From Neocallimastix sp. 'constans' (taxonomy: Eukaryota): DNA of 64,000 nt. The number at the start of each line of letters is the position of its first letter. Within the stretch, counting starts at the first letter, position 1. Made by a program: the position numbers and the translations under genes. The stretch covers positions 186,001-250,000 of the forward strand of contig JBODTK010000148.1 in assembly GCA_050613775.1 (NCBI GenBank), given 5' to 3'. Below are positions 28,331-41,863 of the stretch, piece after piece. The notes beneath the pieces were generated by a model. That model did not search any database, was not told the origin of the DNA, and worked only from the letters and a program-made list of their open reading frames with translations.

Positions 28331-30225
28331 ATGAATTGCAAACTTTACATTTCAACTTTAGCCATCTTATTTATAGCTGGTGTTAATGCTTTTAAGTTAT
28401 CGTAAGTATTGAGCAAGCCTTCTTAAATTAAAGATAAATAACAATATAAATATTAAAATATATACCTTTTTTTATTATTAAATATAGAAATTAATTTATC
28501 AATAGCAAAAAATTGACATTTAATCTAATTATAATATTTTTTTTTTCTTTCTTTATATATACTATTCGCTATCATAAATCATTTTAAATATTTATATAAT
28601 TTTTCAATTAAAAAATATTCATCAACTTCTAATCCATACATCGAATAAAAAAAAATGAAATGAAATTAATTTACAATATAAATAATCCAAAATAAATACA
28701 CAATAAAAAAATATTATACCAAATAATATAAAATCAACTACAAATGTATGTATATATATATGTATATACTTTTTTTTTTTTTTTTTAATAATGTAGAGAT
28801 ATTTTTTCAGGATTTGGCAAAAATTCCAATAGTGTTGATGTTCCTCAAAAAGGTGGAAACTTTGAATTAGAAGTTTCTGCTAACTCTGAGTTCACTATTA
28901 ACTTAGCTGGTAACCCAACCACTGGTTACCAATGGTACTTAGACAACGAAACTGAAGTTGAAGCCACCACTGTTGTTCTCGTTGGTCAAAATTATGCTCA
29001 AAAGAAGAATTCTCAAAAAATGGTTGGTGCTGGAGGTAACTTCGTTTTCAACTTTAAGGTTAACAAAGTTTGCGGTCAAGAATTACCAAAATTATCTTTT
29101 GTTTACAAGAGAGCTTGGGAAACTGATGCCCCAATTGCTACTTCTGAAATTACTTTAAAGGCTAACTGTGAAAAGAAGCAACAACAATTAATTGAAGCTG
29201 ATGGTAGTTCTGATCTTACTGTTAAGGTTGACCAACCATTCGAAATTAAAATTGCTGGTAACCCAACCACTGGTTACAGCTGGAATTTACAAAACCTTGA
29301 TGAAATTAAGGCCTCCCCACTTATTGACTTATTAGGTAACAATTACAAGATTAATGAACACCGTAAAGGTATGGTTGGTGTTGGTGGTACTTTCATCTTC
29401 ACTTTCAGTGTTAACAGTGAAGCTTGTGGTCAAGAATTACCAAAATTAGTTTTCGGTTACCAAAGAGGTGATCAAGCTCCAGCCAGAACTACTTCCTACA
29501 CTTTAAAGTTAGATGAAGAATCATGTGCTGCTAACAATGCAGCTGCTGATGAATCAGTTGCCCCTAAGTCAATTGAAGTTAACAATGATGAAATTTTCAA
29601 GGTCGAATTATCAGGAAATCCAACTACTGGTTACTCCTGGATCTTAGAAAATGCTGAAGAACTTGCTAGCTCTGGCATTATTGAAAAGGTTAATGAAGAT
29701 TTCATTGAAGCTGAACATGAAGAAGGTATGGTTGGTGTTGGTGGTACTTTTGTCTTTGAATTCATCGTCTCTAATGCTTGTGGTAAACAATTACCAAACC
29801 TTGTTTTCGGTTACAAGAGACCATGGGAAAGTCAATCCGTTGAAAAGGCTGAATACACTTTAACCCTTAAGGATGATGCCAATTGTGCTGAAAATGTTGA
29901 TGAAATTAAAGAAATTAAGGTTAAAAATAATGATTCCTTCACCATTGAAATTGATGGTAACATCACTACTGGATACAAGTGGAGTTTAACTAATGAAGAA
30001 GAATTAGCTGCCGTTGGTATTGAAAAGGTTAATGAAGAATACATTGAAAAGAAACATCTTTTCGGTTTACTTGGTTCTGGTGGTAAGTTTGTCTTCACCT
30101 TCAAGGTTAATGATGCTTGTGGTAAGGAATTACCAAAGATAAAATTTGTTCACAAGCAACCATGGAATGAAGAAGATCAATATACTGAAAAGGCTGAATA
30201 TACCATTGTTTTAAAGGGTTGTTAA
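28331..30225 (+). CDS. Secreted protein with four tandem chagasin / peptidase inhibitor I42 domains (paralogue 1, about 499 aa)
   Basis: Exon 1 28331-28401 encodes signal peptide MNCKLYISTLAILFIAGVNAFKLS. Phase-2 intron 28402-28796 (GTAAGT...TAG). Exon 2 28797-30225 is in frame with the 29020 ORF. Four repeats with the chagasin loops GNPTTGY.W / MVG.GG / KRPW (D1 NPTTGYQW, D2 and D3 NPTTGYSW, D4 NITTGYKW). Confidence 0.9.
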
Positions 30226-30593
30226 ATTCTTTTTAATACTAAATAATGATAATAATAATAATAAATATAAACATATATATATATAGAAGGTGAAAAAAAA
30301 ATAATTGGATATAAAAATAGAAAATAATACATATATATATTTATTGAAGATATTTATTTATTATTAAATAAAACCAGTTTAGTAATTATACATAAATTAA
30401 AAATAAAATATAAATAAAAAGAAAGAGAAAAAGAAAGAGAAAAAAAAATTACAATAAAATGTTAATATTAAATATAGATTATTGATATTAACATATATGT
30501 TATTTTAAATAAAATAGACAAGAATATAGTATTAAAACAAAACAAAACAAAACATACAAACAAATAAAATAAAATAAAATAAAATAAAATAAA

Positions 30594-30637
<44 letters not shown>

Positions 30638-30794
30638 GATCAAATGTAATATACAATATAATTGAATTTTTGAAATTCAAAAATTAAATTAATAAATAAA
30701 AATAAGTTTTAAAACAAATAAAAAAAGAAAAAAATTTTATATAAATTTATTTTATATAAAGTGTAATATTTAATTAAAATTTGGTGTTATTTTA

Positions 30795-30795
<1 letters not shown>

Positions 30796-30863
<68 letters not shown>
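30796..30863. repeat. (AAT)n microsatellite
   Basis: Perfect AAT run. Confidence 0.9.
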
Positions 30864-30868
<5 letters not shown>

Positions 30869-31287
30869 CAAAATTAATAATAATAATAATAAAATTAATA
30901 ATAATAATAAAAATAATAATAAAATTAATAGTATATTTAATTTTTTTTTTATTTTTTTTTTTTATTTTTTATTTTTTATTTTTTTTTTTGTCTAAATTAT
31001 TAATTTCAACAAATTAAACTAATAATGATAAGTTTGGTAATATAAAAGATCAAAAGATCAGTATGCTGAAAAAACTGGCATACTTCATTACCATTGTTTT
31101 AAAAAATTTTGTTAGATTTCCCTCTTCTTTTAATTTCTTCATCTTTTACGATTTATTATAGAATATATATATAATTATATATAATTTAAATCAATCTAGC
31201 TTTCTATTATAGAAATTTAATCATGAAAAATATATTTTTATTATTTTATCTTTTTTCTTTTTTTTTCCATAATACAGAGTTATAATT

Positions 31288-31640
31288 AATAAATAATAAA
31301 TAATAAATAATAAATAATTAAATAATAAATAATTGAATAAATAAATAAATAATAAATAATAAATAATAAATAATTGAATAAATAATAAATAATATATAAT
31401 AAATAATAAATAATAAATAATAAATAATAAATAATAAATAATAAATAATAAATAATAAATAATAAATAATAAATAATAAATAATAAATAATAAATAATAA
31501 AAAGAGTATTTATTAATAAATAATAAATAATAAATAATAAATAATTAATAATAAATAATAAATAATAAATAATAAATAATAAATAATAAATAATAAATAA
31601 CAAATAATAAATAATATATAATAAATAATAAATAATAAAT
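31288..31640. repeat. (AATAAAT)n heptamer tandem repeat between the two chagasin genes
   Basis: Near-perfect 7-mer array; it explains the spurious LLFIIYY ORF on the minus strand. Confidence 0.9.
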
Positions 31641-33402
31641 ATTTTAATTATAAAAACAATAATGAAATTAATATAAAGTTATTTAGAGTTTAAATTTAAT
31701 TATTATCAATAAATCATGTGTAAAAAGTAATAATAAATAAAAAAAAAATAGTTCAACATCATTTTACAAGTAATTCAGTAATATAAAATAAATTAATTTT
31801 TATATTTATAAGGAAAATTTCATAATTACTAATTTATGTATTTTATACAACCTTTATTATTTCGACATATTTTTTTTTGTAATCCTTTTTTGGCTTTATT
31901 AAAACTTTTATTAAATATATATATATATTTTTACAGCCGCAATTATTGTTTAATATATACTAAATGCCTTTCAATAAAAATTTTTACATTTATTTTTAGT
32001 TAGACATTATTAAAGATCTAATAATTTCCAATATATATATATATATTCACTTTTTATTTAACTCTTTGATTAAATAAATAAATAAATAAATAAATAAATT
32101 TATTTACCTAATTAACACCATATTGGAAAATATTTTTTTCATTAATTGAATAGATAAATTACTATTTTGTTTAATAATAGAATAGCTATTCTTATGTTTA
32201 TTAATTTTTAAATAATTAGATTAATATATATTGTTAAAATTCATTACCACCGTTAGTTTTCATTATTTAATTCTTTAGATATAGGAATTTTTTTTAATTC
32301 TGTAATAATAATAATTCTTTGAAAGTTTTACATAAACTAATAAAATTAGTATCTAAAAATTATTTTGATTTGCCACCACTAATCAACTTTAAACCAGATA
32401 AAATCTATTTAAGAAATAAAATATTATAGAATAGAAACTCATTTAAATAAAAAAAAAATAAATAAATAAAAAATAAATGTACTACATTAATATATAGTAA
32501 TAAATATTTTTATATAAAATATAATTAATACATATAATATTATTTAAAAAAATTGTTTAATTGAATATAATTTATAATATTATTTACTTATATTATTTGT
32601 TATATTGATTTTTATATTACTACTCTATAAAATATTATAAAAAATATCTTTTCTTTTTTTATTGGTCATTTAATATAAAATGTGGTAAAAAAATAAAAAT
32701 ATTAAATAAAAAAAAAGAAAAATTTTTTATGCGGCATTTTTTTAAAATAAATAAAATAAATATATAAATCTTAAATAATAATAAATTAAATAATAATAAA
32801 TTAAATAATAATAAATTAAATAGATTGTGTAATATGTAAATAACTATCAAATTAATATTTAATAATATATATTGCGTATCAATTACACACACAAACATAT
32901 ATTGTAAAGTTTAACTTTATTTTATTCGATTATTATTATTAATATTTAAATATTAATATTTAATATAAATATAGTTATTCATAAATAATAATAATAAATA
33001 GAAAAAAAGGTTAATATTAATTATTTAAATTAAAATAATACTAATAATAAGGAAAATTAAAAAAAAAAAATAAAAAAAAAGTTTAATAAATATAATTTTT
33101 TTTAATTCTATTCTATTGGTTTAATATTTTTTTTTTTATTTTTTATTATTTTAATAATGGGTTATTATTAAATGAATATATATAATATATATTTTATAAT
33201 AATTTTATTTTTTATATAAAAAGGATAAAAGAGTTTTTCATTAATAAAAATATTTATTTTTCAACCCATTATAATAGCTGAATTAATATTTAATTATATA
33301 ATTTATATTTTATCATTTTTATAATAATAAAGAAAGAAAAAGAAAATTTTGTAAATATTTTAGAATTAATATAAAGTTGTATATTTATAATTTCAACTAA
33401 AA

Positions 33403-35337
33403 ATGAATAATAATCTTTTCATTTCAACTTTTGCTATTTTATTCTTAGCTACAGCTAATGCTTTTACATTACCGTATGTATTACATAACAAACATACAAA
33501 TAAAAATAAAAAAAAAAAATACATAGCTTTTAAAATTTCTATTATTAAAAATAAGATTATAACATTAAATAATATAAAATATATAATATTAATTTATCTC
33601 ATACTAATCTTTTTTTTTTTGTTTTTTTTTTTTTTTTTGTTTTTTTTCTTATTTTATTTATATATATATATATTTATTTTTTTTTTTTCAATTATTTATA
33701 ATTTCATTTTCTTTAATAATTTTATTTATTATTTATTATATTTTTTTATAAAAAAAATTATATATAAATATATATAAATATATATAAATATATATAAATA
33801 TATATAAATATATATAAATTAAATATATAAATTAAATTTATATAAATAAAAAAAAATATAAAGTGGAAATTTCTTTTCAGGAATAATTGATAAAATTACA
33901 GGATCAGATAATAGTGTTAATGTTCCTCAAAAAGGTGGTAACTTTGAATTAGATGTTGCCTCAAACTCTGAATTTACTATTAATTTAGCTGGTAATCCAA
34001 CTACCGGTTATCAATGGTATTTAAATAATGAAGCTGAAGTAGAAGCTTCTTCTATTGTTCTCGTTGGACAAAACTATGCTAAAAAAAATAATTCTGGTAA
34101 AATGGTTGGTAATGGTGGTAACTTTGTCTTTAGTTTTAAGGCTAATGAAGTTTGTGGTAAAACTTTACCAAAATTGTCTTTCACTTACAAGAGAGCTTGG
34201 GAAACTGAAACTCCAGCTGCTACCTCAGAAATTACTTTAAATGCTGACTGTGAAAAGAAACAACAAAAAATGATGGAAGCCGATGGTAGCTCTGATATTA
34301 TCGTTAAGGCCAATGAACCATTCAAAGTTAAATTAGCTGGTAATCCAACTACCGGTTACTCTTGGGTTTTAAAGAATCTTGATGAAATTAGTGCTTCTCC
34401 AGTCATTGAACAATTAAGTAACAACTATATTACTGATGAACATGAAGATGGTATGGTTGGCGTTGGTGGTACTTTTGTCTTTGAATTTGAAGTTAACGAA
34501 GATGCTTGTGATCAAACCTTACCAAAATTAGTTTTTAGCTATGAAAGATCATGGGAAAAGGATACTCCAGCCAAGACAGCTGAATACACTTTAAAATTTG
34601 ATGAAAGTGCATGTGAAGCTTCCACAGATGATGAAGACTACAAAAAGGAAGAAGATAAAGAAATTGAGGTTAAAAATAATGAAACTTTTACTGTTGAATT
34701 AGAAGGTAATCCAACTACTGGTTATTCTTGGATATTAGAAAATGAGCAGGAGGTTACTGCTTCAGGCATTATTGAAAAGGTAAAAGATGATTTTGTAGAA
34801 GATGAACATGATGAAGAAATGGTTGGTGTTGGTGGTAAATTTATTTTTGAATATAAGGTTAGCAATGCCTTTGGTAAAGAATTACCAAAATTAAACTATG
34901 TTTACAAGCAACCATGGAATGAAGAAGAAAATCCGGTAAAGGTTGAATACACCTTAAAGTTAGATGAAGGCGATTGTGAAAAAAAAGCAGCAGTAGTAGA
35001 AGATAAAAAACAAAAAATTGAAATTAAAAACAATGAAGTTTTTACGGTTGAATTAAAAGGCAATGAAACTACTGGGTTCTCTTGGTTATTAGCCAATGAA
35101 GAAGAAATTGCAGCCTCTGGTGTTTTAGAAAAAATTAAGGAAGATTATGCTGAAGATGAACATGATGAAGATATGGTTGGTGTTGGGGGTACTTTTGTCT
35201 TCTTTTTCAAAACTAAAGATGCTTGTGGTAAAGAATTACCAAAATTATCATTTATTTACAAGCAACCATGGATTGAAGAAGATAACAATGCTGAAAAGGT
35301 TGAATACACTTTAGTTTTAAAGGATTCATGTAATTAA
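33403..35337 (+). CDS. Secreted protein with four tandem chagasin / I42 domains (paralogue 2, about 514 aa)
   Basis: Exon 1 33403-33473 encodes MNNNLFISTFAILFLATANAFTLP. Phase-2 intron 33474-33863 (GTATGT...AAG) at the same position as in paralogue 1. Exon 2 33864-35337 has NPTTGYQW, NPTTGYSW, NPTTGYSW, NETTGFSW plus MVG.GG and KRAW/ERSW/KQPW loops. Confidence 0.9.
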
Positions 35338-35845
35338 ATAATATTAAATTGACTTGAGAAAGAAAAAAAAATCAAAAAAAAGAGAATATGAAGATTTTTA
35401 TGTAAATAATATATTATTTAGCAAGGAAAAAAAAAATTTTTTTTTTTTTTTTTACTAATTAAAAATTTAAAGAATTATTTCTGTAATAGTTTTCATTAAA
35501 TTATATATAAATGTATTTAAATTATTTAATTATTTAGAAAAAATATAGTAAATTAATAAAAAAATAAAAAAAAAAAAAGATATATATTGTATATTTTAAT
35601 AATATATTATAAAATTTAATAAAGAAATTATTTATTAAAAATAAATTTCAAAAAGTTTTTTTTTTTTTTTTTTTTTTTTATTTTGTATATAAAATTAATA
35701 ATTCATAATTTATATGTGATTTATTAATATTGTTATATTGATATTGTTTATTTATATTTTATATTTCGGGTATGGTTAATATATATTGATATCTGTTGGA
35801 TCCTTTCATTTTTTTTCATAAAATACGTTAATTATTATATATTTT

Positions 35846-35900
<55 letters not shown>

Positions 35901-36018
35901 TTTTTTGATTAAATATTTATTAGGATCATATTTATTTATTGTTAATTTACTATAAAATCAATAATCAAAATTTATCTTTTCTTCTTATATATTAAAAATA
36001 TATTAAAGATAGAAAGAT

Positions 36019-36067
<49 letters not shown>

Positions 36068-36138
36068 ATTAAAAATATGAAAAGATAATTTAATTACATA
36101 AATTTATCTTTTCATTATATATTAAAAATATAGTAAAA

Positions 36139-36174
<36 letters not shown>

Positions 36175-36420
36175 GGTCTCATGGACTATTTGAATAATAT
36201 AAAAAAATAAAAAATAAAAAATTTAAAAATAAAAATATTCAAATAAAAAAAAAAAAAAAGAAAAAAGAAAAAAATTAAAAAAATTAAAAAATACAATGAA
36301 AATAAAAATAATATAAAATAAATTAAATAAATAAATAAATAAATAAATAATAATAATAGTTAAGATTAATAAAAGAAATTTTGAATTTAAAATATAACAT
36401 TTATTTTGATTTAACTTGAC

Positions 36421-36458
<38 letters not shown>

Positions 36459-36632
36459 TAAAATAAAGAAATAAATAAGAAGTAATATTAATGTAAAAAT
36501 GTTAAATAATAGAAACAAAAATAAATTAATAATAAATTTTCTTAAAAAAAAAAAAAAAAAAAAAAATAGTTAATATTATTCTTTTTTATTTTATTTTTCA
36601 AATGGTTTTATTATTATTATTACTATTATTAT

Positions 36633-36897
36633 TACTAAATATCACAGTTATATGTTTAATTACATTGTACATTATACTACATTATTAAGTAAAATATTTT
36701 TATTCAATAATATAATACAGTATAATCTTTAACGTTACCAATAATGTTGGACTACCATAGAAAATAATTATAAATAACTTGTAATGACATATTATTAAAT
36801 GAAGAAGGTCTTTCTTAATGTAAAAGTAATAAAATAAATAAATAAACATATAATAAATTATAAATATCATTTCTGATTTTAAATGTTATGTTTAGCA
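36633..36897 (+). repeat. 5' LTR (about 265 bp)
   Basis: TACTAAATATCACAGTTATATG...ATGTTTAGCA aligns end to end with 41357-41630. Confidence 0.9.
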
Positions 36898-36912
36898 GAT
36901 TAAGAGTCTCAG
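36898..36912 (+). promoter_or_regulatory. Degenerate primer-binding site, half-tRNAiMet type (Ty5/Drosophila copia-like)
   Basis: GATTAAGAGTC directly after the LTR CA matches GGTTATGAGCC at 8 of 11 positions; no TGG-type PBS is present. Confidence 0.5.
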
Positions 36913-38434
36913 TGTCTCAATGACTCAATAATTCATTAACAATTGTTAATATCAAATTTTAATTATATTAAATATTAAACATTCACTTAAATATTAAAAA
37001 TAAAGAAATATTAGCAGTGGTATTAAAACGACTAAATCAGAAAATTCAATAACTACGGGGAGTTCTTCAAAAAAAATTTCAACAAAGAGCAACAAAGACA
37101 ACAAATACACCAAGTACAACAATGAATGATACTCCTGTTGAAATGGAACCTTCAAATATTCAAACAAATACAAATAATAAATTTCATATTCAAAAATTAT
37201 AAAAAAAATTACAAAATGAAAAACTTTCATAAATGGTATTCAGACTTAAAAAAAAAAATTATTCTTTAATTCTAAAGAATTAGGTTGATTATATATATCA
37301 AAAAATATTAACGATATAAACATCAATAAAAAAACATTTTTAAAAATATGACAGTATACAGCCAGGATTATAATATTGAACAGCCTCGACGAATAATACA
37401 AAAAAAAGTTTATTAAATAATTGCAAAAGTGCCTAACTTAATGATAAATGAATTAAAAAAAAGAAAGATTTTCAGAAAACAGGCCCATCAAGACTATTCG
37501 AAATGGAAATGAAAAGTAAAGAAGTTAGAAATCAAAAAAAAAAAAAAAACGATGACTTTAGCTATATTTAGATAATCTTAACTTATTATTTACAGAATAC
37601 ACTAACGAGGCAAAATTTTGTAAAATAAACCAGAACTAAAATGAAGAAACAAAGATTTTATATTCTTTAGAAGAGGAATTAAATAAAGTCGGTATTGCAT
37701 ATTCATTCAAATTTCTCTGTGTTGAAAAGACATTTAAAGATTTAAAGGGAGACCTAACAAAACTAAGTACCATAATCAAGAAAAGAAAAAGTATTAAAAA
37801 AAAAAAAAAAAAAGAGTAGAAATCAAAGAAACATATCAACACGAAAATCAAATTAACAGAGTCCGAAAATGGGAAACTCCTATATAATTTTCAATAAAAT
37901 AAAATAAATTCCAACGAATACTGTCAATATTGCCATAAAAATTGGGTACACTACTGATAACTGTTTTTTTTTTTTTTTCCAACCTATCAAATTCACTAGA
38001 TAATAACTATAGGGGAGAAAAAGAAAAATAATAATAAATAATAAATCAAGAAATCAAGAAAATAAAATTAAAAATAAAAAAGGAACATCTTTAAGTTGGA
38101 AAGGTAGTAAAAGAAATTTCAAGTCTTATAGCATTAATTATGAAGCACAAAACAATTTAGATTCAGATCCTTCATTTGACTTCTACTTAATATAACAACT
38201 AATAATTGTAAAAAAAAAAAAAAAAAAAAAGAAATAAAGTAACTTCCGAAATCTTAAAAAAGAAGAAAAATAATGATAAGGAAGATAACAATAAAGAATC
38301 ATGGATCATTGATAGTGGAATAGGAATCAACTTATCTTATAAAAAAATATATATATAAAAATTACTATCAAACATTGAAGAAGTTACTAATAGAGGAATT
38401 ACATAACCAAACGGACAAATCTGATTGAATATAC

Positions 38435-38475
<41 letters not shown>

Positions 38476-41348
38476 AATATATAAAAATAATAATTTTTTT
38501 TTTTTTTTATTGGAGAAAGTATTTTATGCTCTAAACATACAAAATAATTTAATTTCTACTCATTACCTATGTAAAAAAAAAAAGGCTTTAAATTAGTAAT
38601 GGAAATGTATAACAATAAAGAAAGATTCCAAATTTTTTTTAAAAAAAATAATAAACTAATTATTACCATTTATACAAATGATGAAAACTTCTTTACTTTA
38701 AATATAAACTCAATGAAAAATATAGATTATAATATAAAACAATGTTGATTTAAAATTATGGCATGTTAGATTAGGTCACTATTTCAATCAAAATCTTCAA
38801 AAAAAAAAAAAAATTTTTTTTAGAAAACAACAACATTAAGGAAGAAAAGAATGATAATATAAATTGTGAAGATTTTCAAAATTAGTTAAAACTCAAGAAA
38901 AAAAAAACCATTCAACTAAACAACCAACAAAAGTACTTCACCATTACAAATGGTGCATTCTGATTATTGTTGGACCACTTAAGCTTTCACGATCATTTAC
39001 TGGATACAAATATTATATAAAATTCATTGATGACTTACAGTAGAAAATGTTGGGTTTTTATTTTTACTGAAACATAAAATCTGAGGCAGTTTAGAAAATT
39101 TTGTCGAGTTTTCATAAACTTATGAAAAAATACTTGTTATTACAATAATATAAAGGAAATAAGATCTAATAACGGTTTAGAATATAATAACTCTAATTTT
39201 ATAAATTAATATTAAAAAAAAAAAAATAGAATTAACATTTAATCATTCTACATCAGGTAAAATGGTCACGCTGAAATAATTAATCAGATATTAGATAACT
39301 GCGCAAAAAGCACTACTCAGTGCTACCAAATTATCTCCTATTTTGTGAGATGAAGCTATTAAATGTGCATATATACATTGTACAATTTAAATCCGCATCA
39401 GAGAATTAATTTTTAAAATCCCGAACGAAGTATTTTTTTTTTTTTTTGATAAGAAAACTGTTATATATATCTAAACTTAAAAGTTTTTGGATGTAAAGTA
39501 TTTATTTTTTTTTTCTTAATAGATACAAACAAGGAAATTTTTTTAAAAAATACATAACTAAGGTATTTTCTAAGGATATTCATCAGACTCTTCTTGGTTA
39601 TCGTGCCCTCAACATTACTTCAAAAATCAATAATTTTAGTTCGTGATTTGTATAGCTTCAATGAAAGTACATTAGGCTCACTTGGCTCTTTTTTTTTTTT
39701 TTTTTCGTTTTTTTTTTTTTTCTTCATTCCTCAAATCCATCAGATAAAACAAATTGAAAGGGAACAGCACTTAACATCAATTTAATCAATCCATTTAATC
39801 ATAATAAATTTGAAATGAATGAAAACAAACAGAATAAAATTAATCTTGAAGATAATAATACATTTAATGGATGATAACATTAATGAAAACATTTTAAATA
39901 ATAATTCAGAAAAACGAAAATATTAATGAGATTAATAATAAAATTAATGAGGATAAAATTAATGAAAATAAAATTAATGAAGATAAAATTAATGAAGATT
40001 GTAATAATGAAGATTATATTAATGAAAATTAAAAAATTAGCTGAAAATCAAGAGGAAATACTCAAAAATTCAAATATTGAAGAAAATATAAAAATTACAT
40101 CAAACGAAGACCATGCCTTTCCAAAACTCTACATGATAATAGTAAACGTAATGAAAATAATGCTATTATTAATAGAAATAATGATAATAACATAAAGGGT
40201 TTAAAAATCATAAAAAAAAAAAAAAAGATTTTATTGAACAAAAATGTGAAAAAAAAAAAAAAAAAAAAAAGTTTTATTAATAAAAATTTGAATAAAAAAT
40301 TTTAAAAAATTTCAAATTTAAGAAATAAATTAAAAAATTTCAGACATTAATAATTATTAAAATTTATCTAATTCAAACCTTAATAATTATGAAATTCTAA
40401 ACCAGAAACTGAATTGAAAGGAATCATAAAAATCTGGTTAATATGAAGATAAATGAAAAAATTAAATTTGGAAAAAAAATAATTAAAAAATATGGAAATA
40501 TAAATATTAAAAAATATAATGACTATAATTCAGAAAATGAATCTGAGGACAGTTTTAGTAATCTGGAAACTTAAGATAAAAGAAAATTAAGGAAAACCAA
40601 AGAAGTGGATATTAAATTTTAATATTAAAAGGAATAATAAAATTTTCAATAAACAAATAAATAGAAAATAATAAAATATTTTTTTTTGTAGAGTTCAAAT
40701 TCTAATCGGTAATAAAAACTTCAATTGTGGAAAATATGGATTATTACAAAATGCTCTCTAAGGATTCAAGCAAGCTGGAAGACAATGGTTTTTACAAAAA
40801 TCTCTGGTTTTCTTAAGAAAATTGGGTTAATTCAATATAATAATGATAGTTGTTTATTTGGTAAATATATAATAAAAAAAAAAAATAATAATAAATTATA
40901 CTTATTACAAACACTCTACGTTGTTTAATTGTAGGAGAGAATAAAGAAATTACCAAAGTTGTTTCATAAATAAAACATAAATACAGTGGTCTCCACAGAT
41001 AAAATAGCAAACAAAATCATCGGAATTAATATAATTAAAACAAATAAAGGCTACAAAATTAATCAAAAAAGATTATATTGAAAGAAAAAATGTTAAATAA
41101 CTATAATAAAAACAAAATTAAAATAACTAGAAAACCATAATGTATTAATGAAAAATTAGAAGATAGAGAATAACTATGAGAAAATTAACAAAACTGATTG
41201 TAAAAGATTGATTGGATCTCTATTATATGTATCAGCAAAAACAAGACTAAATATAGCATTTGCAGTAAATCAAACTGCAAAGTATTTCTGGAACCCAAGC
41301 TTAAATACTTCGCCAATTTCATCATAGAAATATAGAAAATGCTAATGT

Positions 41349-41356
41349 AGGGGGAA
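41349..41356 (+). promoter_or_regulatory. Polypurine tract
   Basis: AGGGGGAA immediately before the TG of the 3' LTR. Confidence 0.8.
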
Positions 41357-41630
41357 TGTTAAATATCACAGTTATATGTTTAATTACATTATACATTATT
41401 CTACATTATTAAGTGTAAAATATTTTTATTCGATAATACAATGCAGTGTAATGTTAAATATTACCAATAATGTTGGACTACTATAGAAAATAATTATAAA
41501 TATAACATATAATGACATATTCTTAAATAGAGAAGGTCTTTCTTAATATAAAAGCAATAAAATTAAAAAAAAAAATAAACACATAAAAAATTGTAAATAT
41601 CATTTCTGATTTTAAGTGTCATATTTAACA
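41357..41630 (+). repeat. 3' LTR (274 bp)
   Basis: TGTTAAATAT...ATATTTAACA: TG...CA ends with a perfect 10-bp terminal inverted repeat. Confidence 0.93.
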
Positions 41631-41831
41631 ATTATTATTATTATATATGCTTTCTGAAACATTATCAAATATTTTTCTTTTTTTTTTTTTTTTTTTTTTT
41701 TTAAATAAAAAAATAAATATGAATCGAACAAGAAAAAGTTTATATAAAGTTTATTTTATTTTGTAAAGTGGAAAATTATAATTTTTTTTTTTTTTTTGTT
41801 TTGTTTTGTTTTTTTAATATATTCATTTATT

Positions 41832-41863
<32 letters not shown>

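Larger units (their letters stand above)
36633..41630 (+). mobile_element. Degenerate Ty1/copia LTR retrotransposon, frameshifted and internally deleted
   Basis: Two direct LTRs. Remnant motifs in copia order: gag zinc knuckle YCQYCHK..HTTDNC (37919-37964, frameshifted), protease WIIDSG (38302-38319), LWHVRLGH (38756-38779), integrase PLQMVHSD (38941), IRSNNGLEY (39159), KVFGCK (39480), RT GFKQAGRQW (40762-40788), IGSLLY...AFAVNQ (41211-41273). ATTAT flanks both ends. Confidence 0.93.

Noticed and set aside
28958..35096. Alternate-frame and antisense ORFs over the chagasin genes
   Set aside because: Shadows of biased codon usage in the real genes.
39594..41010. ORFs within the copia element as independent genes
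   Set aside because: Fragments or off-frame readings of the decayed pol region.
36633..41630. RIP-type mutation of the LTRs
   Set aside because: Transitions occur in both directions with no clear dinucleotide bias by eye; cannot be supported without a family alignment.
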